A stretch of 63,720 nucleotides of DNA, filler included, from Trichomonas gallinae (lineage: Eukaryota), in NCBI GenBank assembly GCA_008369845.1. It is 4 parts of 4 records of this genome, joined end to end, with 100 filler letters (N's around TTAATTAATTAA, not from the genome) between each part and the next. Parts side by side here need not be neighbours in the genome. Positions count along the whole stretch, not along the records: positions 1 to 17,648 come from MRSU01001104.1; 3 more parts are not named here. One strand, 5' to 3'. A program made the position numbers and the translations under genes. The notes beneath the pieces were generated by a model. That model had not been told where the DNA came from and did not search any database. It saw only the letters and a list, made by a program, of their open reading frames with translations. Below, one piece after another: positions 1 through 10,238 of the stretch; the first letter of the stretch is position 1, and each line of letters opens with the position of its first letter.

Positions 1-419
1 TATAATATGGTGTATGTACATATAGTATATAGACAAAGTTTGGAGCAAAAATAGCAAAAAAACCTGGTTTCTACACCTCTGCTCTTGTTTTGCTCAGCTT
101 TGTGCCTGGTCATCCACATCATGTATATTATATATGAGTGCGAAAGCAGAAGAATATCTCTGATGTAAAAAAAAGTTTACATGTCAAAATTTTCTAGGCC
201 CAAAAGTATCAATATAAAAAAATTAATTAAAAGATGCATTAAGAACATTAAGAACATTAGAGAAAAGCTTTTACTTGCGCAAACTTATCGAAGAGAAAGT
301 TAATCAATTTTTATAATTATGACTAAAAGTGACTCATTCCCATATAGAAAGAAATCAAATGACAAAACTAAGTCAATCTATAATCACTTAACCACAGATT
401 CATTTCACTATTTGTTAAA

Positions 420-905
420 CTCTTTGTTTGTTTCATTGGTTTTGAATCAGACATGATCTGATGTGGGTATAACAACACTTTTTATATTCCTGGCAGCTGA
501 CATTCAACACTTTACAATGACAAATTTTTAAAAAAGTGGACTTTTAATATGATGTGATTAGATAATTTTTGTCAAACAAAGCAAATCTCATTATAGAATT
601 ATAGCCAATCTATTAGTATGTATCGGCCCATTCATGCCTAGCTCTTTGCCTATGCTATTGATTTTGCATAAGACATGATATAAAGTACGATATAACACCT
701 TTTATAATTCTGACATCTGGCATTTGACGCTTTACAATGGCAGATTTTTTTTAAAAAAATCAGGACTTTTCATATGATGTGATTTGAAAATTTTTGTCAA
801 ACAAAACATAATAGAATTATAGCTAATCTATTTGTATTTATCCATCCTTTCATGTCTAACTCTTTGTCTGTTTCATTGGTCATGTATAAGACATGATATG
901 ATGTG
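420..905. repeat. Degenerate ~220-bp tandem repeat (2 full copies + partial third)
   Basis: Unit starts ctctttgtttgtttcattgg (420), ctctttgcctatgctattg (642), ctctttgtctgtttcattgg (860); shared internal blocks agacatgat, tttacaatg, ggactttt.atatgatgtgatt, ttttgtcaaacaaa, atagaattatagc.aatctatt. Confidence 0.85.
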
Positions 906-978
906 ATTCAAAAAATTTTGTCAAAAAAAAAAAAAATTGGTCAGATGAGAAAAAAATTTTGCTGTCAAAATTATAAAA

Positions 979-3162
979 ATGGAGAGAAACTTCGTATTAA
1001 GCGCAATTACTCCTTGTTCCATCAACGAGCTCCGCTCAATCAAGGCGGACATCATAATCAACGGCGAGAAGTACATGGCTGCCGGCGACAGAGGCTCGAT
1101 GCTCCACACATTCAAATGGGACGAAGAAAGAAAGGCATATCAGCATGTAAACTCGTTCAAGGCACACGATGGAGCCGTCTCAGCACTCACATACTTAAAT
1201 CCAGGCAAATGGATGCCAAATGGCGCACTTTTCACTGCATCACAAGATAAAATAATTTACTCATGGGATAATTCGATTTTCACAGATATGCAAGTCAACC
1301 CAGTCCCCACTCTCACTCTTATCGGACACGAAAACAACGTCTGCTTCTTATCTACAGAAGGAGATAATATTATTTCTTCATCTTGGGACGGAACAGCACG
1401 CGTTTGGTCCAATGGCGTCGAAATTACAAAGATGTCGCAGGATGGGGGTATTTGGTGCGTCGTTCCTGTTCCCTGCGGCTACGCAACACTCGGAGCAGAT
1501 AAATCAATCAGAATTTACTCGGATAAAGGCGCTCCTATCTCAGCATTGACAGATGCGCACGCAGATGTCGTTCGTTCTGGCCTTTACCTTACAGAAACAG
1601 CAACACTAGTTACAACATCAAACGATGGCACAATTAGAGAATGGTTCATAGAAGAAGACGGCCGTTTATCCAATATAGCCATGATAACAGTCACAGATAC
1701 ATACTTATACACGATAGCAATCGTAGATAACGCTTATGTCGTTGGAGGTGAAGATCGCTGCGCATACATAGTCGATATAGACTCAAAACAGGTCACGGAT
1801 GTCATCCCAGTACCTGGTGTAGCGTGGTGCGTCTCTCCAGCGCCAAATGGCGTCGCAATCACAGCAACCGATGGTGTGATCTACTCTTTCTCGAGAGATA
1901 TGGCAAATAGAGCTAAGAAGGATGTCGAAGATAACTATATCAACCGCGTTGCTGGTTTAACTTTCAATAATCCTCAAATCGATCAATATTACATCAACGA
2001 TTTGCCGCATTACTCAGACGTCAACTCCAGAGAGATTGTTCCAGGCAGATTCGAGCTAATGAGAGACGGCGAAGAGAAAATCCTCGTTGTTTATAATCAG
2101 ACCTACGGATGGATGAAAGTCGGCACGCAGTCAAAGTCAAAGGGTGCACAAGCACAGAAATACACAGGACCGGATGGCAAAGAGTATGATTACTGCTTTA
2201 CTATTGAAGTTGAAGATCTTCACGGCTCTTTTCCGCTTTACATGAATTATAACACTAATCCATTCATTGCAGCTGGAGATTTCATCAGGCAACACAATTT
2301 GCCTACATATTACTTGGATCAAATCGCGAATTTCATTATCAGAAACTTGAGACCAAACAACCTTCAAATGCAGCAGACACAATCAAGACCAGAACCAGAG
2401 CCACAGCAGCCAGCCCATAAATCCGACTTCTTCCCGATTCCAGATCCAAATTACATCGTTGCGGTCAAAACAGAGCCTGTTGTCGCTAAATTACAGACAA
2501 TTGCAGCAGAAAATGGCCACGATTTGTCAGAAGATGACATGAAAACATTGAATGGCTCACTTTCGGAGGCTTGGATGGCTGTAGCTACGAATATCCTTCT
2601 TCTCTGGCCTGTCAACGATGCATGGCCGATCTTAGATATATTCAGAGCCTACATTCTCGGCAAGAATTGCAGAGATTTCATAACAGACGACATTGTTATC
2701 ACTGTCGTTGATAGATTCGCATCATCTGGCGCAGATCTCAGCGATTTCGGTATTTTGGGACTTATGAGAGTAATTTCTAATTTGCAGGAAAATTTCGGTT
2801 CTTCGGCTGTTTCAAAGATGAAGATTCTCGACATTTTCGACGCCTTTGTTGACAGATTGCCAAATTTGCCGAGATTGGCGCAGATTCCTTTCGCAAACGC
2901 CATGATGAACTACACAATGTACGGAATCCCAAGAGCTGAGGACCAGAAGAAATTCGTCGCCGTCCTCCAGAAAGCTTTGACATACGGACACACAATCGAC
3001 GAGGAAACTCTCTACAGGCTGCTCATGGCTGCAGGAAACACAGCAGAGAAGTATCCAGGCACAAGGACCGACATTCTTTCTCATCCTGAGCTTCTTGACG
3101 CCGAAGGAAAGTCAGAGAGAGTTCAAACACTCATCAACGAAGTTGTTAAAGTTTTAGAATAA
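979..3162 (+). CDS. DOA1: Phospholipase A2-activating protein / Doa1-Ufd3 (WD40-PFU-PUL)
   Basis: WD40 repeats (GHENNVC, SSSWDGTARVW), PFU motif GKEYDYCFTIE...NPFIAAGDFI...YLDQIANFI, helical PUL-like C-terminus. Confidence 0.9.
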   Translation: MERNFVLSAITPCSINELRSIKADIIINGEKYMAAGDRGSMLHTFKWDEERKAYQHVNSFKAHDGAVSALTYLNPGKWMPNGALFTASQDKIIYSWDNSIFTDMQVNPVPTLTLIGHENNVCFLSTEGDNIISSSWDGTARVWSNGVEITKMSQDGGIWCVVPVPCGYATLGADKSIRIYSDKGAPISALTDAHADVVRSGLYLTETATLVTTSNDGTIREWFIEEDGRLSNIAMITVTDTYLYTIAIVDNAYVVGGEDRCAYIVDIDSKQVTDVIPVPGVAWCVSPAPNGVAITATDGVIYSFSRDMANRAKKDVEDNYINRVAGLTFNNPQIDQYYINDLPHYSDVNSREIVPGRFELMRDGEEKILVVYNQTYGWMKVGTQSKSKGAQAQKYTGPDGKEYDYCFTIEVEDLHGSFPLYMNYNTNPFIAAGDFIRQHNLPTYYLDQIANFIIRNLRPNNLQMQQTQSRPEPEPQQPAHKSDFFPIPDPNYIVAVKTEPVVAKLQTIAAENGHDLSEDDMKTLNGSLSEAWMAVATNILLLWPVNDAWPILDIFRAYILGKNCRDFITDDIVITVVDRFASSGADLSDFGILGLMRVISNLQENFGSSAVSKMKILDIFDAFVDRLPNLPRLAQIPFANAMMNYTMYGIPRAEDQKKFVAVLQKALTYGHTIDEETLYRLLMAAGNTAEKYPGTRTDILSHPELLDAEGKSERVQTLINEVVKVLE

Positions 3163-3632
3163 ATATTTTTTTGGTTTGTTTTATTATATAATGAATCATT
3201 TATTTTCGCCTTTTTATATCTAAATTATTATTTCATTAAATGATGATTAATCGAAATTCATTCCATATTATTATGTGCACAAATGTTATTATAATAAAGG
3301 AAAAGCAATTTTTATTCCTTTTGCTGGATAACATCAATGATGTACAAAAAAATATTATGTTTGGACAGGATTAATGCGTATAATGAATAATAGACTTTTC
3401 TACTATCCTATGATTTACAGCTTTTCCAAACTATTGCTATTTCAAATATGTTAATTTTCCTCAAAATTTGTCATGCAAAAAAGTTTTCATGATTTTTTTA
3501 TTTTTATTTTTCTCTCTATGATATTATCAAAATATAGGACTCAAGAGGTGCTTAGTATAATGCAACAGATAGGAGAAAGAATAATGATAAAAAATAAAAT
3601 GTTAAAACAAGAAATATATATATTTAATTACA

Positions 3633-5336
3633 TCAAACAGGAGCCTGGGGTTCTTCACGCATAATTCCAGGGTCAACTTGCACGTCTACGAAACAAGGCG
3701 AGAAGCAGCTCGTGCATGTGATTCCGAAGCCATTCTCGGTTGTAGTCTGCGTCATCGTCATGTATATATTCACCTGGTCGACGTTTTCTGGGAATTCAGG
3801 AAGTACGAAGCTTTCGAATGAATGCAAGGCTCTCACGACTCTTACAAGAGGCAGGTCTATGACAGATATCTCTCCCTCTAAATGCGAGTCCTCGCTCGTC
3901 ATCGCCGTCAGCATGTCTATGAGCGACATTCCGAAGTCCTTCTGTTCTTCTGCAAACGTGAAATCATCTGAAACGTTGACTTCTTCGAGATTTCCAGCTA
4001 AATTAAGAATTCTGGCGACTTCTGACAAGTAAACGATGGAGTGGATTGGGCGTTCGTTGACTACGTAGAAGTGGCCGCTGTTCTTAGGATCAAAAAGCGG
4101 GAATAGCGATTCTAGAGATTTTTGGATTTTATCTTTTTCTTCACCAGCGAAATAGAGCTCATTGAAGAAGTTTATCGTGGCTATGGCAACCCGTGCTGTA
4201 TGAAGTGACTTGAAATCAATGAACCTGGAGCCTGGAAGTTCATAATAAAATGCAAAAGTGCTGTGGTTTAACAATCTCTTGTAAATGATGCGATATTCTG
4301 GATCGTCGACCTTGTACTGCTTCATTTTATGGTACATTAATGAGCTAAGTGTTTTATAACAATCTTCGAATAAATTAACTAAGCGCATAACAACAGGAAT
4401 CGTGTGATTTGGAAGTTTTCCGAGTATCTCTTTAGCAGCATCAATTCCGTAGACAAAACTGAGCGAGTTTGCAGTAACTGGATCTCCGATCGCTAAACTG
4501 AGGATTAAATGACGAATTTGGCGCATTTTAAGCTCGAGAATATCCGATGACACGGCCGCTAGATTGTGCGGATCATAGCGTCTCGCGATAGAATCTGTAT
4601 ATAATTCGAAAACATTTTTCGGAGGTAGAGATTCTTGTAATGACTCTGAGAATATGATGTCCACGGGGAACCTTCCAGGATAAAACAAAGTAAAGTCATC
4701 AATGTCGTCCAATCTTTTGATTAATTCTGGTTTTGCGAAAATAGAAAGCCACTGCTTAGCGACTTGTGGCCTAATGCATCCATTTGAGAGTAAAGTCAAG
4801 CATTTTGCGAAAGATTTTGAGTATTCGCCAGAAGGTTTCGCTGCTGTTGCAGAAATAACTAATTCTGCTGCTAATTCGTCTATATTGTTTTTGAACGTCT
4901 TTCTGGCTTCATAGAAGACTCCAGAGTTGATGGCAGTCATGAATTTAGGCAATTCTTTGATGATTGTATTTTCAGGATTAACTGGTTGAGGGATAAGAGG
5001 GATAATAAGAGATATAAACATCTTGTGCGATAACTGTCCTGTGATATATAAAGACAAATAGCGAAGAAATAGTGTGTAATTCTCATTCGCTAGATTTTGC
5101 TTAGTAAGAGCTATAAAATTATCGAATATTGCTTTGTATGCAGGCGGGGAATTGTCGCGGCGTGGATATCTCATCGCAAACATCTGTCTTAAGTAATTCA
5201 TTGCATCGTTATTAGTATCTGTCTGTGTATTTTGGTTTGCGATGAAGCCCTTCAAAAACTTGTGGAGTGTTGGTTTGAATGCCGGATTTTGGTCGTAAAT
5301 CTCCTGCACAACACTTATATATGGAACATTTTGCAT
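3633..5336 (-). CDS. Divergent Sin3-like corepressor (PAH-like helices + partial HDAC-interaction region)
   Basis: ATG at 5336 directly preceded by TCACA; IFDNFIALTKQNLANENYTLFLRYLSLYITGQLS resembles PAH; SLSFVYGIDAAKEILGKLPNHTIPVVMRL resembles Sin3 HID IxRIYGDxAxxIIxxLxxNPxxAVPVVLxRL. Confidence 0.55.
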   Translation of the reverse strand: MQNVPYISVVQEIYDQNPAFKPTLHKFLKGFIANQNTQTDTNNDAMNYLRQMFAMRYPRRDNSPPAYKAIFDNFIALTKQNLANENYTLFLRYLSLYITGQLSHKMFISLIIPLIPQPVNPENTIIKELPKFMTAINSGVFYEARKTFKNNIDELAAELVISATAAKPSGEYSKSFAKCLTLLSNGCIRPQVAKQWLSIFAKPELIKRLDDIDDFTLFYPGRFPVDIIFSESLQESLPPKNVFELYTDSIARRYDPHNLAAVSSDILELKMRQIRHLILSLAIGDPVTANSLSFVYGIDAAKEILGKLPNHTIPVVMRLVNLFEDCYKTLSSLMYHKMKQYKVDDPEYRIIYKRLLNHSTFAFYYELPGSRFIDFKSLHTARVAIATINFFNELYFAGEEKDKIQKSLESLFPLFDPKNSGHFYVVNERPIHSIVYLSEVARILNLAGNLEEVNVSDDFTFAEEQKDFGMSLIDMLTAMTSEDSHLEGEISVIDLPLVRVVRALHSFESFVLPEFPENVDQVNIYMTMTQTTTENGFGITCTSCFSPCFVDVQVDPGIMREEPQAPV

Positions 5337-5594
5337 TGTGACGATATGTAAACTTCTCAAATGATTTTTATTTTCTCAATTCTCACTTTTATTGCGTTTT
5401 TGATATGCTCTATATTATGAAATTCTAAATTTAACTAAAAATTTCAAAAATATTGATTATTTACATGAGAATCGCGATTTTACAGCTAAATATTGTTATT
5501 AAACAATAAAAATTGTGACCAATTATTATATTTTGTTATTAATATAATATTTTTATGATTAAGCTTAGATTACATCGATGATAATTTTATCATA

Positions 5595-5870
5595 ACAACA
5601 AGTAGAAGAATTCTAGTTATAAGAATAAGATATCCTGCTAGAAGATAAAGGAAAAGAAGTTTAGCAAGAAGAATATGAAGATATCCAACAACGAGAAGAA
5701 TATTTCTAGTAATCAGAATGTCCAACAAGAAGATGTCTTTGCAAGAAGAAGATGATGAATAGTAAGAAGGACAAAAAGATGTTTAGCAAGAAGGAGAGGT
5801 CCAGGAAGAAGAAGATGTTTTAGCAGACAGAAAAAGGAAAGAAGAAGCCTAGCAAAAAAGAAGGCCAGAT
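5595..5870 (+). repeat. Decayed purine-rich repeat (relic of a DVQQEE-like coding repeat)
   Basis: Variants of gatgtccagcaagaagaa (gatatccaacaa, atgtccaacaagaagatg, gatgtttagcaagaagg, gaggtccaggaagaagaa) with many stops; no ORF. Confidence 0.5.
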
Positions 5871-6150
5871 ATCTCGCCGACAAAAGAATATTTGCATTAT
5901 GAAAAGATGTTCAGAAGAAAGATGAATACTCCCCACAGACAGCAGATGACGCCCCACGGCCAGAAAATGCGTTTTAATTCAAATAACTATTAGTGAATCA
6001 TGTACAGCACATAATTTATAGCTAAATTGTCTCATTTTTTATTAAAATATATTGATAAAATTGATTCTCATTTGATATTAAGTTAGGAAGCAGAAAGTGA
6101 TGAATAAAATGTTGATTTTTCAGTATAAAACAAACAACATAATAATTTAT

Positions 6151-8277
6151 TCATTTTTTGATGATATTTGCAACACAAAACTGAAGCCTTGACTCAAGCA
6201 TCCACAATTCTGGTGTTTCAAGAGTCATCTCATATAAATCTCTCAGCGCGTCTTCATATGCGTCCTTAGATTTCGCGACATTGAAGTTAAACTCGCTTCT
6301 TATTTCCCTGTAGTTCCTCATCAACTTAGTGAAGTCGGCTGAGTTGTCAGCGAGCATATCCTCCAATTCGAACAATGTGCCATGGAAGTCCTCTTCAATG
6401 ATGTTATACTCGCTTATAGAATTGACCAGAGTGGAAAGGGAAGCTTGGAACTCCCTGAATTTCTGAGTGTCGGCATTGATAAATGTATCTCGTTTTAGTT
6501 GGCTCGCTCTTGTTCTTATTAAAGACAACAAAGCATCAATTGTTTCTGCCTTTTCTATTCCGGATATCAAGTCTCTCTGGATGACGGAGATTACGTCTGT
6601 AGTGATAAACTCTGAAATAGCTCTGATTGTGTTGATCATCGCGAATCTTAAAGCTGACTGTACAATGTTTGTGTCACTCAAATCAATTTTTGCGAATGAT
6701 GACATGGAATTTCTCGAATTAGACCAGTTTAATAACAATCTTCTCTCGCAGCACTTCAATGACCAAACTAGTCTGCCAACCTGCACATATGAGTCGACGA
6801 TGGAATCGTCAAAAACATAAGTGAGATCATTCGGAGCATTGTAGTATAATATAACCGCCTCAGGAGAATTATCTATTTCATTCCTCGCAGTCATTTTAAC
6901 GTCAATGCACACTGTAGTATTCTGGTGAGTCAGTCTGTTTTTGTATTCATTGTCCTGGCAGACTTCCCTCAAAACGTGGTCCAAAAGAGATATAGGAGAA
7001 CCTTCGTGAAGAAAATGCTCGAAAAGTGATATAGCAAAATCTCCTCTCCTCAACAAAATGAAGTCTGTTATGGTTTTAACGTGTCCAGGCAGCCAGATTA
7101 TGTTCTTAACTATGTTTAATACATTCTTCATTGACTCGTTCGTGTATTTTGGCAACTCTTTTAGATTAAATTTCTTTTCGACACTTTCTGTTGGAGTATT
7201 CAGCATTAAAGAAGCTCTAACACCCCCACCTTCCATGGCAATGCGCTTGAAGTGCCTTATAAAGTTCCATGCTCGTCCACATGAGGTTATCTGTGAAGCA
7301 ATTGTGTCACTTTTGATGAAAGAAGGAATCCTAAGAGGCTCGATGTAGTATTGGTTGTCCCACCAATCGCAGCTTTTGATGTCTTCTTCATTTTCTATCA
7401 CAAAAAACTCGTTGTAGGGGTCAGCTAGTGAGCCATATAATACCCAGTCCCTGATGATGTCCGTGTACACGTTTTTAGCTTCCTCAAAGCATAATTTGGC
7501 GACTTGGTCAACAGCTGGAGAGCCGTGACTTGAAGCTGTTTTTAAAATCATGAAAATGTCGTCTTCTTCGTTTGAATTTATGATTGCGTAAGCTATGACT
7601 GCTGATGCTTCTAGTCTAAGCTTTGCAGATCCGCATGCGAAGGCAACGAGATTTAATAAAGAAATTTCGTTATTTGCTGAAAGCATTTCTGTAATATATG
7701 CATTTTTCTCTTTTTGAAGTACAGATTCAACTGCTTGTCCAACAATTCCATACAATTTCCCTTGAATATAATTTAATGTATTTATACATAAACAACAAGC
7801 CATGATTTTTTGAACGCAGGCAGCATGCTGTGTGAATAATAATCCATCTATCATGTATGATTCGTTGTGATATGTGATAATTTCTGATTTTCCACCTTGT
7901 AAAAGGACAACTAGTTCTTTAACAAGCTGGTTTTCTGATAGAAAATGCTTCGATTTTGTAGTAACTTTTGATGACTCTGGATTTAATTTAGTAACAACGA
8001 ATTTTTTGGGAGAAAATTTTAATAAATCGAGTAATTTATATATTTGCATTCTATCTTGTGGTAATTTTTTGCAGATGAAATCGAAATCTTTGATATTTTG
8101 TTGTTTAATTTGTTTTTTCCATTTACTGGACCAAGATCGAATTGAATGTGGCGAAGAAACTTGTAACTGTGCATTACAAAATGCTTTACATATTCCAATG
8201 TATCTTTCAAGTTCAGCATTGGATCTTCCTTTAAAAATATTCTCCACAAGATGAACTAAAAGATCATTTATTTCCAT
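6151..8277 (-). CDS. Gamma-tubulin complex component, Spc97/Spc98 family (GCP3-like)
   Basis: IRDWVLYGSLADPYNEFFV, WWDNQYYI...IPSFI...ITSCGRAWNFIR, FILLRRGDFA (GRIP domains). Confidence 0.88.
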   Translation of the reverse strand: MEINDLLVHLVENIFKGRSNAELERYIGICKAFCNAQLQVSSPHSIRSWSSKWKKQIKQQNIKDFDFICKKLPQDRMQIYKLLDLLKFSPKKFVVTKLNPESSKVTTKSKHFLSENQLVKELVVLLQGGKSEIITYHNESYMIDGLLFTQHAACVQKIMACCLCINTLNYIQGKLYGIVGQAVESVLQKEKNAYITEMLSANNEISLLNLVAFACGSAKLRLEASAVIAYAIINSNEEDDIFMILKTASSHGSPAVDQVAKLCFEEAKNVYTDIIRDWVLYGSLADPYNEFFVIENEEDIKSCDWWDNQYYIEPLRIPSFIKSDTIASQITSCGRAWNFIRHFKRIAMEGGGVRASLMLNTPTESVEKKFNLKELPKYTNESMKNVLNIVKNIIWLPGHVKTITDFILLRRGDFAISLFEHFLHEGSPISLLDHVLREVCQDNEYKNRLTHQNTTVCIDVKMTARNEIDNSPEAVILYYNAPNDLTYVFDDSIVDSYVQVGRLVWSLKCCERRLLLNWSNSRNSMSSFAKIDLSDTNIVQSALRFAMINTIRAISEFITTDVISVIQRDLISGIEKAETIDALLSLIRTRASQLKRDTFINADTQKFREFQASLSTLVNSISEYNIIEEDFHGTLFELEDMLADNSADFTKLMRNYREIRSEFNFNVAKSKDAYEDALRDLYEMTLETPELWMLESRLQFCVANIIKK

Positions 8278-8304
8278 AATGCACGTTTAAAAATTTTAAT
8301 TTAG

Positions 8305-8577
8305 TTTACTTGGCAATTTTATAATTTATTGACACTTTATATGGCAGAATTTTTGATATTGTATATTTTACACGTCAGAATTATATTTATTATATTTTAC
8401 GTGTCATAAATCTAATTCTAATTTATGTGTCAGAATTTATGATTTTGAAGTATTTACATGACATAATGCATGTTTAAAAATTTTATGTGTCAAAAATTTT
8501 GATATTCAGTATTTTACATGTCATAATTAAATATTTTCAATAATTTACGTGTCATAACTAAAAATTTACTTGTCATA
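8305..8577 (+). promoter_or_regulatory. Phased array of 10 TTTAYRTGTCA-like motifs in the divergent GCP3/RNase H intergenic region
   Basis: Copies at 8305, 8336, 8367, 8396, 8422, 8453, 8482, 8513, 8544, 8565, all in the same orientation; regulatory role is inferred. Confidence 0.6.
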
Positions 8578-8586
8578 AAGCATTAA

Positions 8587-9387
8587 ATGCTCGATGCAGC
8601 AAGTTTTTTTCGACTTTTAGACAAGTCTGCACCAGTACAAGTTTATACAGATGGAGCTTGTAGTGGCAATCCAGGTCCTGGCGGTTGGGGGGTCTTCTGT
8701 GCACAAAACGGAATTACGTTTGAACTTGGAGGAGGATCTAAATATACGACGAACCAAAGAATGGAACTAATGGCTGCAATAGAAGGAATAAGCATATTTC
8801 CGCCTGGATTTAGGATAAACTTGTACACTGATTCTAAGTACGTTTATAATGGAATTACTGACTGGGTTAACGGCTGGAAAAGGCAAAACTGGACGAAAAA
8901 AGATGGCTCACCAGTACTAAATCTTGAGCTTTGGCAGAAATTAGATTCTGCAAATCAAAAAGCTACTGTGAATTGGTCTTGGGTGAAAGGTCATAGTACA
9001 AGCTATGGCAATCAGAATGCGGATCGCATTGCCGTTGCACATATTCCTAAAGGAAATGAATTTCCTGAATCCTTTAGAGAGAGAGCCGAGAAGCAGTCAA
9101 AAATCCTGTATGACCCACCTCCAATGGCCCAAATCCAGCGAGATGAACCAGTTATGCGAGACTTTTCAGCCCCATTAAAACAAGAACCGAACTCTGATGG
9201 TTTGAACAAGAAAGATAAAGAATCTATGACGCAATTCCTGAAAATTCTTGATGGGCTTGCTGATGAAAAGGAGAGAATGAAATGGGTGATACAACTTGTT
9301 CTCTTTGATAAGGAATACCCTGAATATAATGCGCTAAGTACGGTAAGAAAGCTAATCCCTGATATTAATCCGGTATTACAGATGTAA
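8587..9387 (+). CDS. rnhA: Ribonuclease HI (bacterial-type) with C-terminal extension
   Basis: YTDGACSGNPGPGGWG, TTNQRMELMAAI, YTDSKYV, WVKGHS, NQNADRIA: all DEDD catalytic residues present. Confidence 0.92.
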   Translation: MLDAASFFRLLDKSAPVQVYTDGACSGNPGPGGWGVFCAQNGITFELGGGSKYTTNQRMELMAAIEGISIFPPGFRINLYTDSKYVYNGITDWVNGWKRQNWTKKDGSPVLNLELWQKLDSANQKATVNWSWVKGHSTSYGNQNADRIAVAHIPKGNEFPESFRERAEKQSKILYDPPPMAQIQRDEPVMRDFSAPLKQEPNSDGLNKKDKESMTQFLKILDGLADEKERMKWVIQLVLFDKEYPEYNALSTVRKLIPDINPVLQM

Positions 9388-9434
9388 ATTTAATTTTTTT
9401 TGTTTGTATATAAAATTAACCGATTTTACTAGAA

Positions 9435-10238
9435 TCAAACAAGGCTTAACGATATACCGTTTTCGATCATGTATGTTGAGATTGTTGTAACAACAGAAAA
9501 CAGCGAGTAAAAGATAACTATTGGAATGTATGTTGGGCAAAATGATAAAACGTTATATCTTTCTGGTGGGCAGACGAAGAAATCAAACATCAATGTGGAT
9601 GTATCCAAGAATAACCAGGCATGAAGATTGTAATAATTTCCAGCTCTCTGGCACTTAAGGACAGGATCAAAGAGAACAAGTGTTGGGAGTATAAGACCGA
9701 CAATCCAATTGACGAGCTTAAATGTGTCATCAGTTTTCATTTGCAAAATGTATGCGATCCATCCAAATGCAGCGCCTACTAAAATCTGTAGAATAGAATG
9801 GTAACCCTTAGAAACGCGAGAGTAACATACCGCAACGATGATAAGAGCTCCAATGAGATGAGAAGATCTTGATGTGAAACAGCCAATAACTGTTGCATAT
9901 AATGCATCACCTGATGGCATTCCATACACGTTTCCGATTTGGCAACCTCTCTTGCAATCGAAACATGGTCTTCTCTGCTTAAAGATTAAATAGAAACCAA
10001 CGACTGTGCACATTGGAAGGATTAAGAGGTGGTGAACTTCATAGAAGAGATTCAACAACTGCTCTTTGCACTGAAAGCTGCTGAGTTTGATCATGACAAT
10101 CACTAGTTCAAAAGCAAGAGTGATGTTGACAACATCAAACATTGCTCCGATGGTCTTCCCGAGGTCCACTGTCCAATCAGGAAGTCTTGCGCGCCAGCAG
10201 CAATCTAAGAAGTTGGAATCCAGGCAATCTTCAAACAT
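9435..10238 (-). CDS. PAP2-superfamily membrane phosphatase (dolichyl-pyrophosphatase-like)
   Basis: KQRRP, YGMPSGD, SRVSKGYHSILQILVG; multiple TM segments. Confidence 0.8.
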   Translation of the reverse strand: MFEDCLDSNFLDCCWRARLPDWTVDLGKTIGAMFDVVNITLAFELVIVMIKLSSFQCKEQLLNLFYEVHHLLILPMCTVVGFYLIFKQRRPCFDCKRGCQIGNVYGMPSGDALYATVIGCFTSRSSHLIGALIIVAVCYSRVSKGYHSILQILVGAAFGWIAYILQMKTDDTFKLVNWIVGLILPTLVLFDPVLKCQRAGNYYNLHAWLFLDTSTLMFDFFVCPPERYNVLSFCPTYIPIVIFYSLFSVVTTISTYMIENGISLSLV

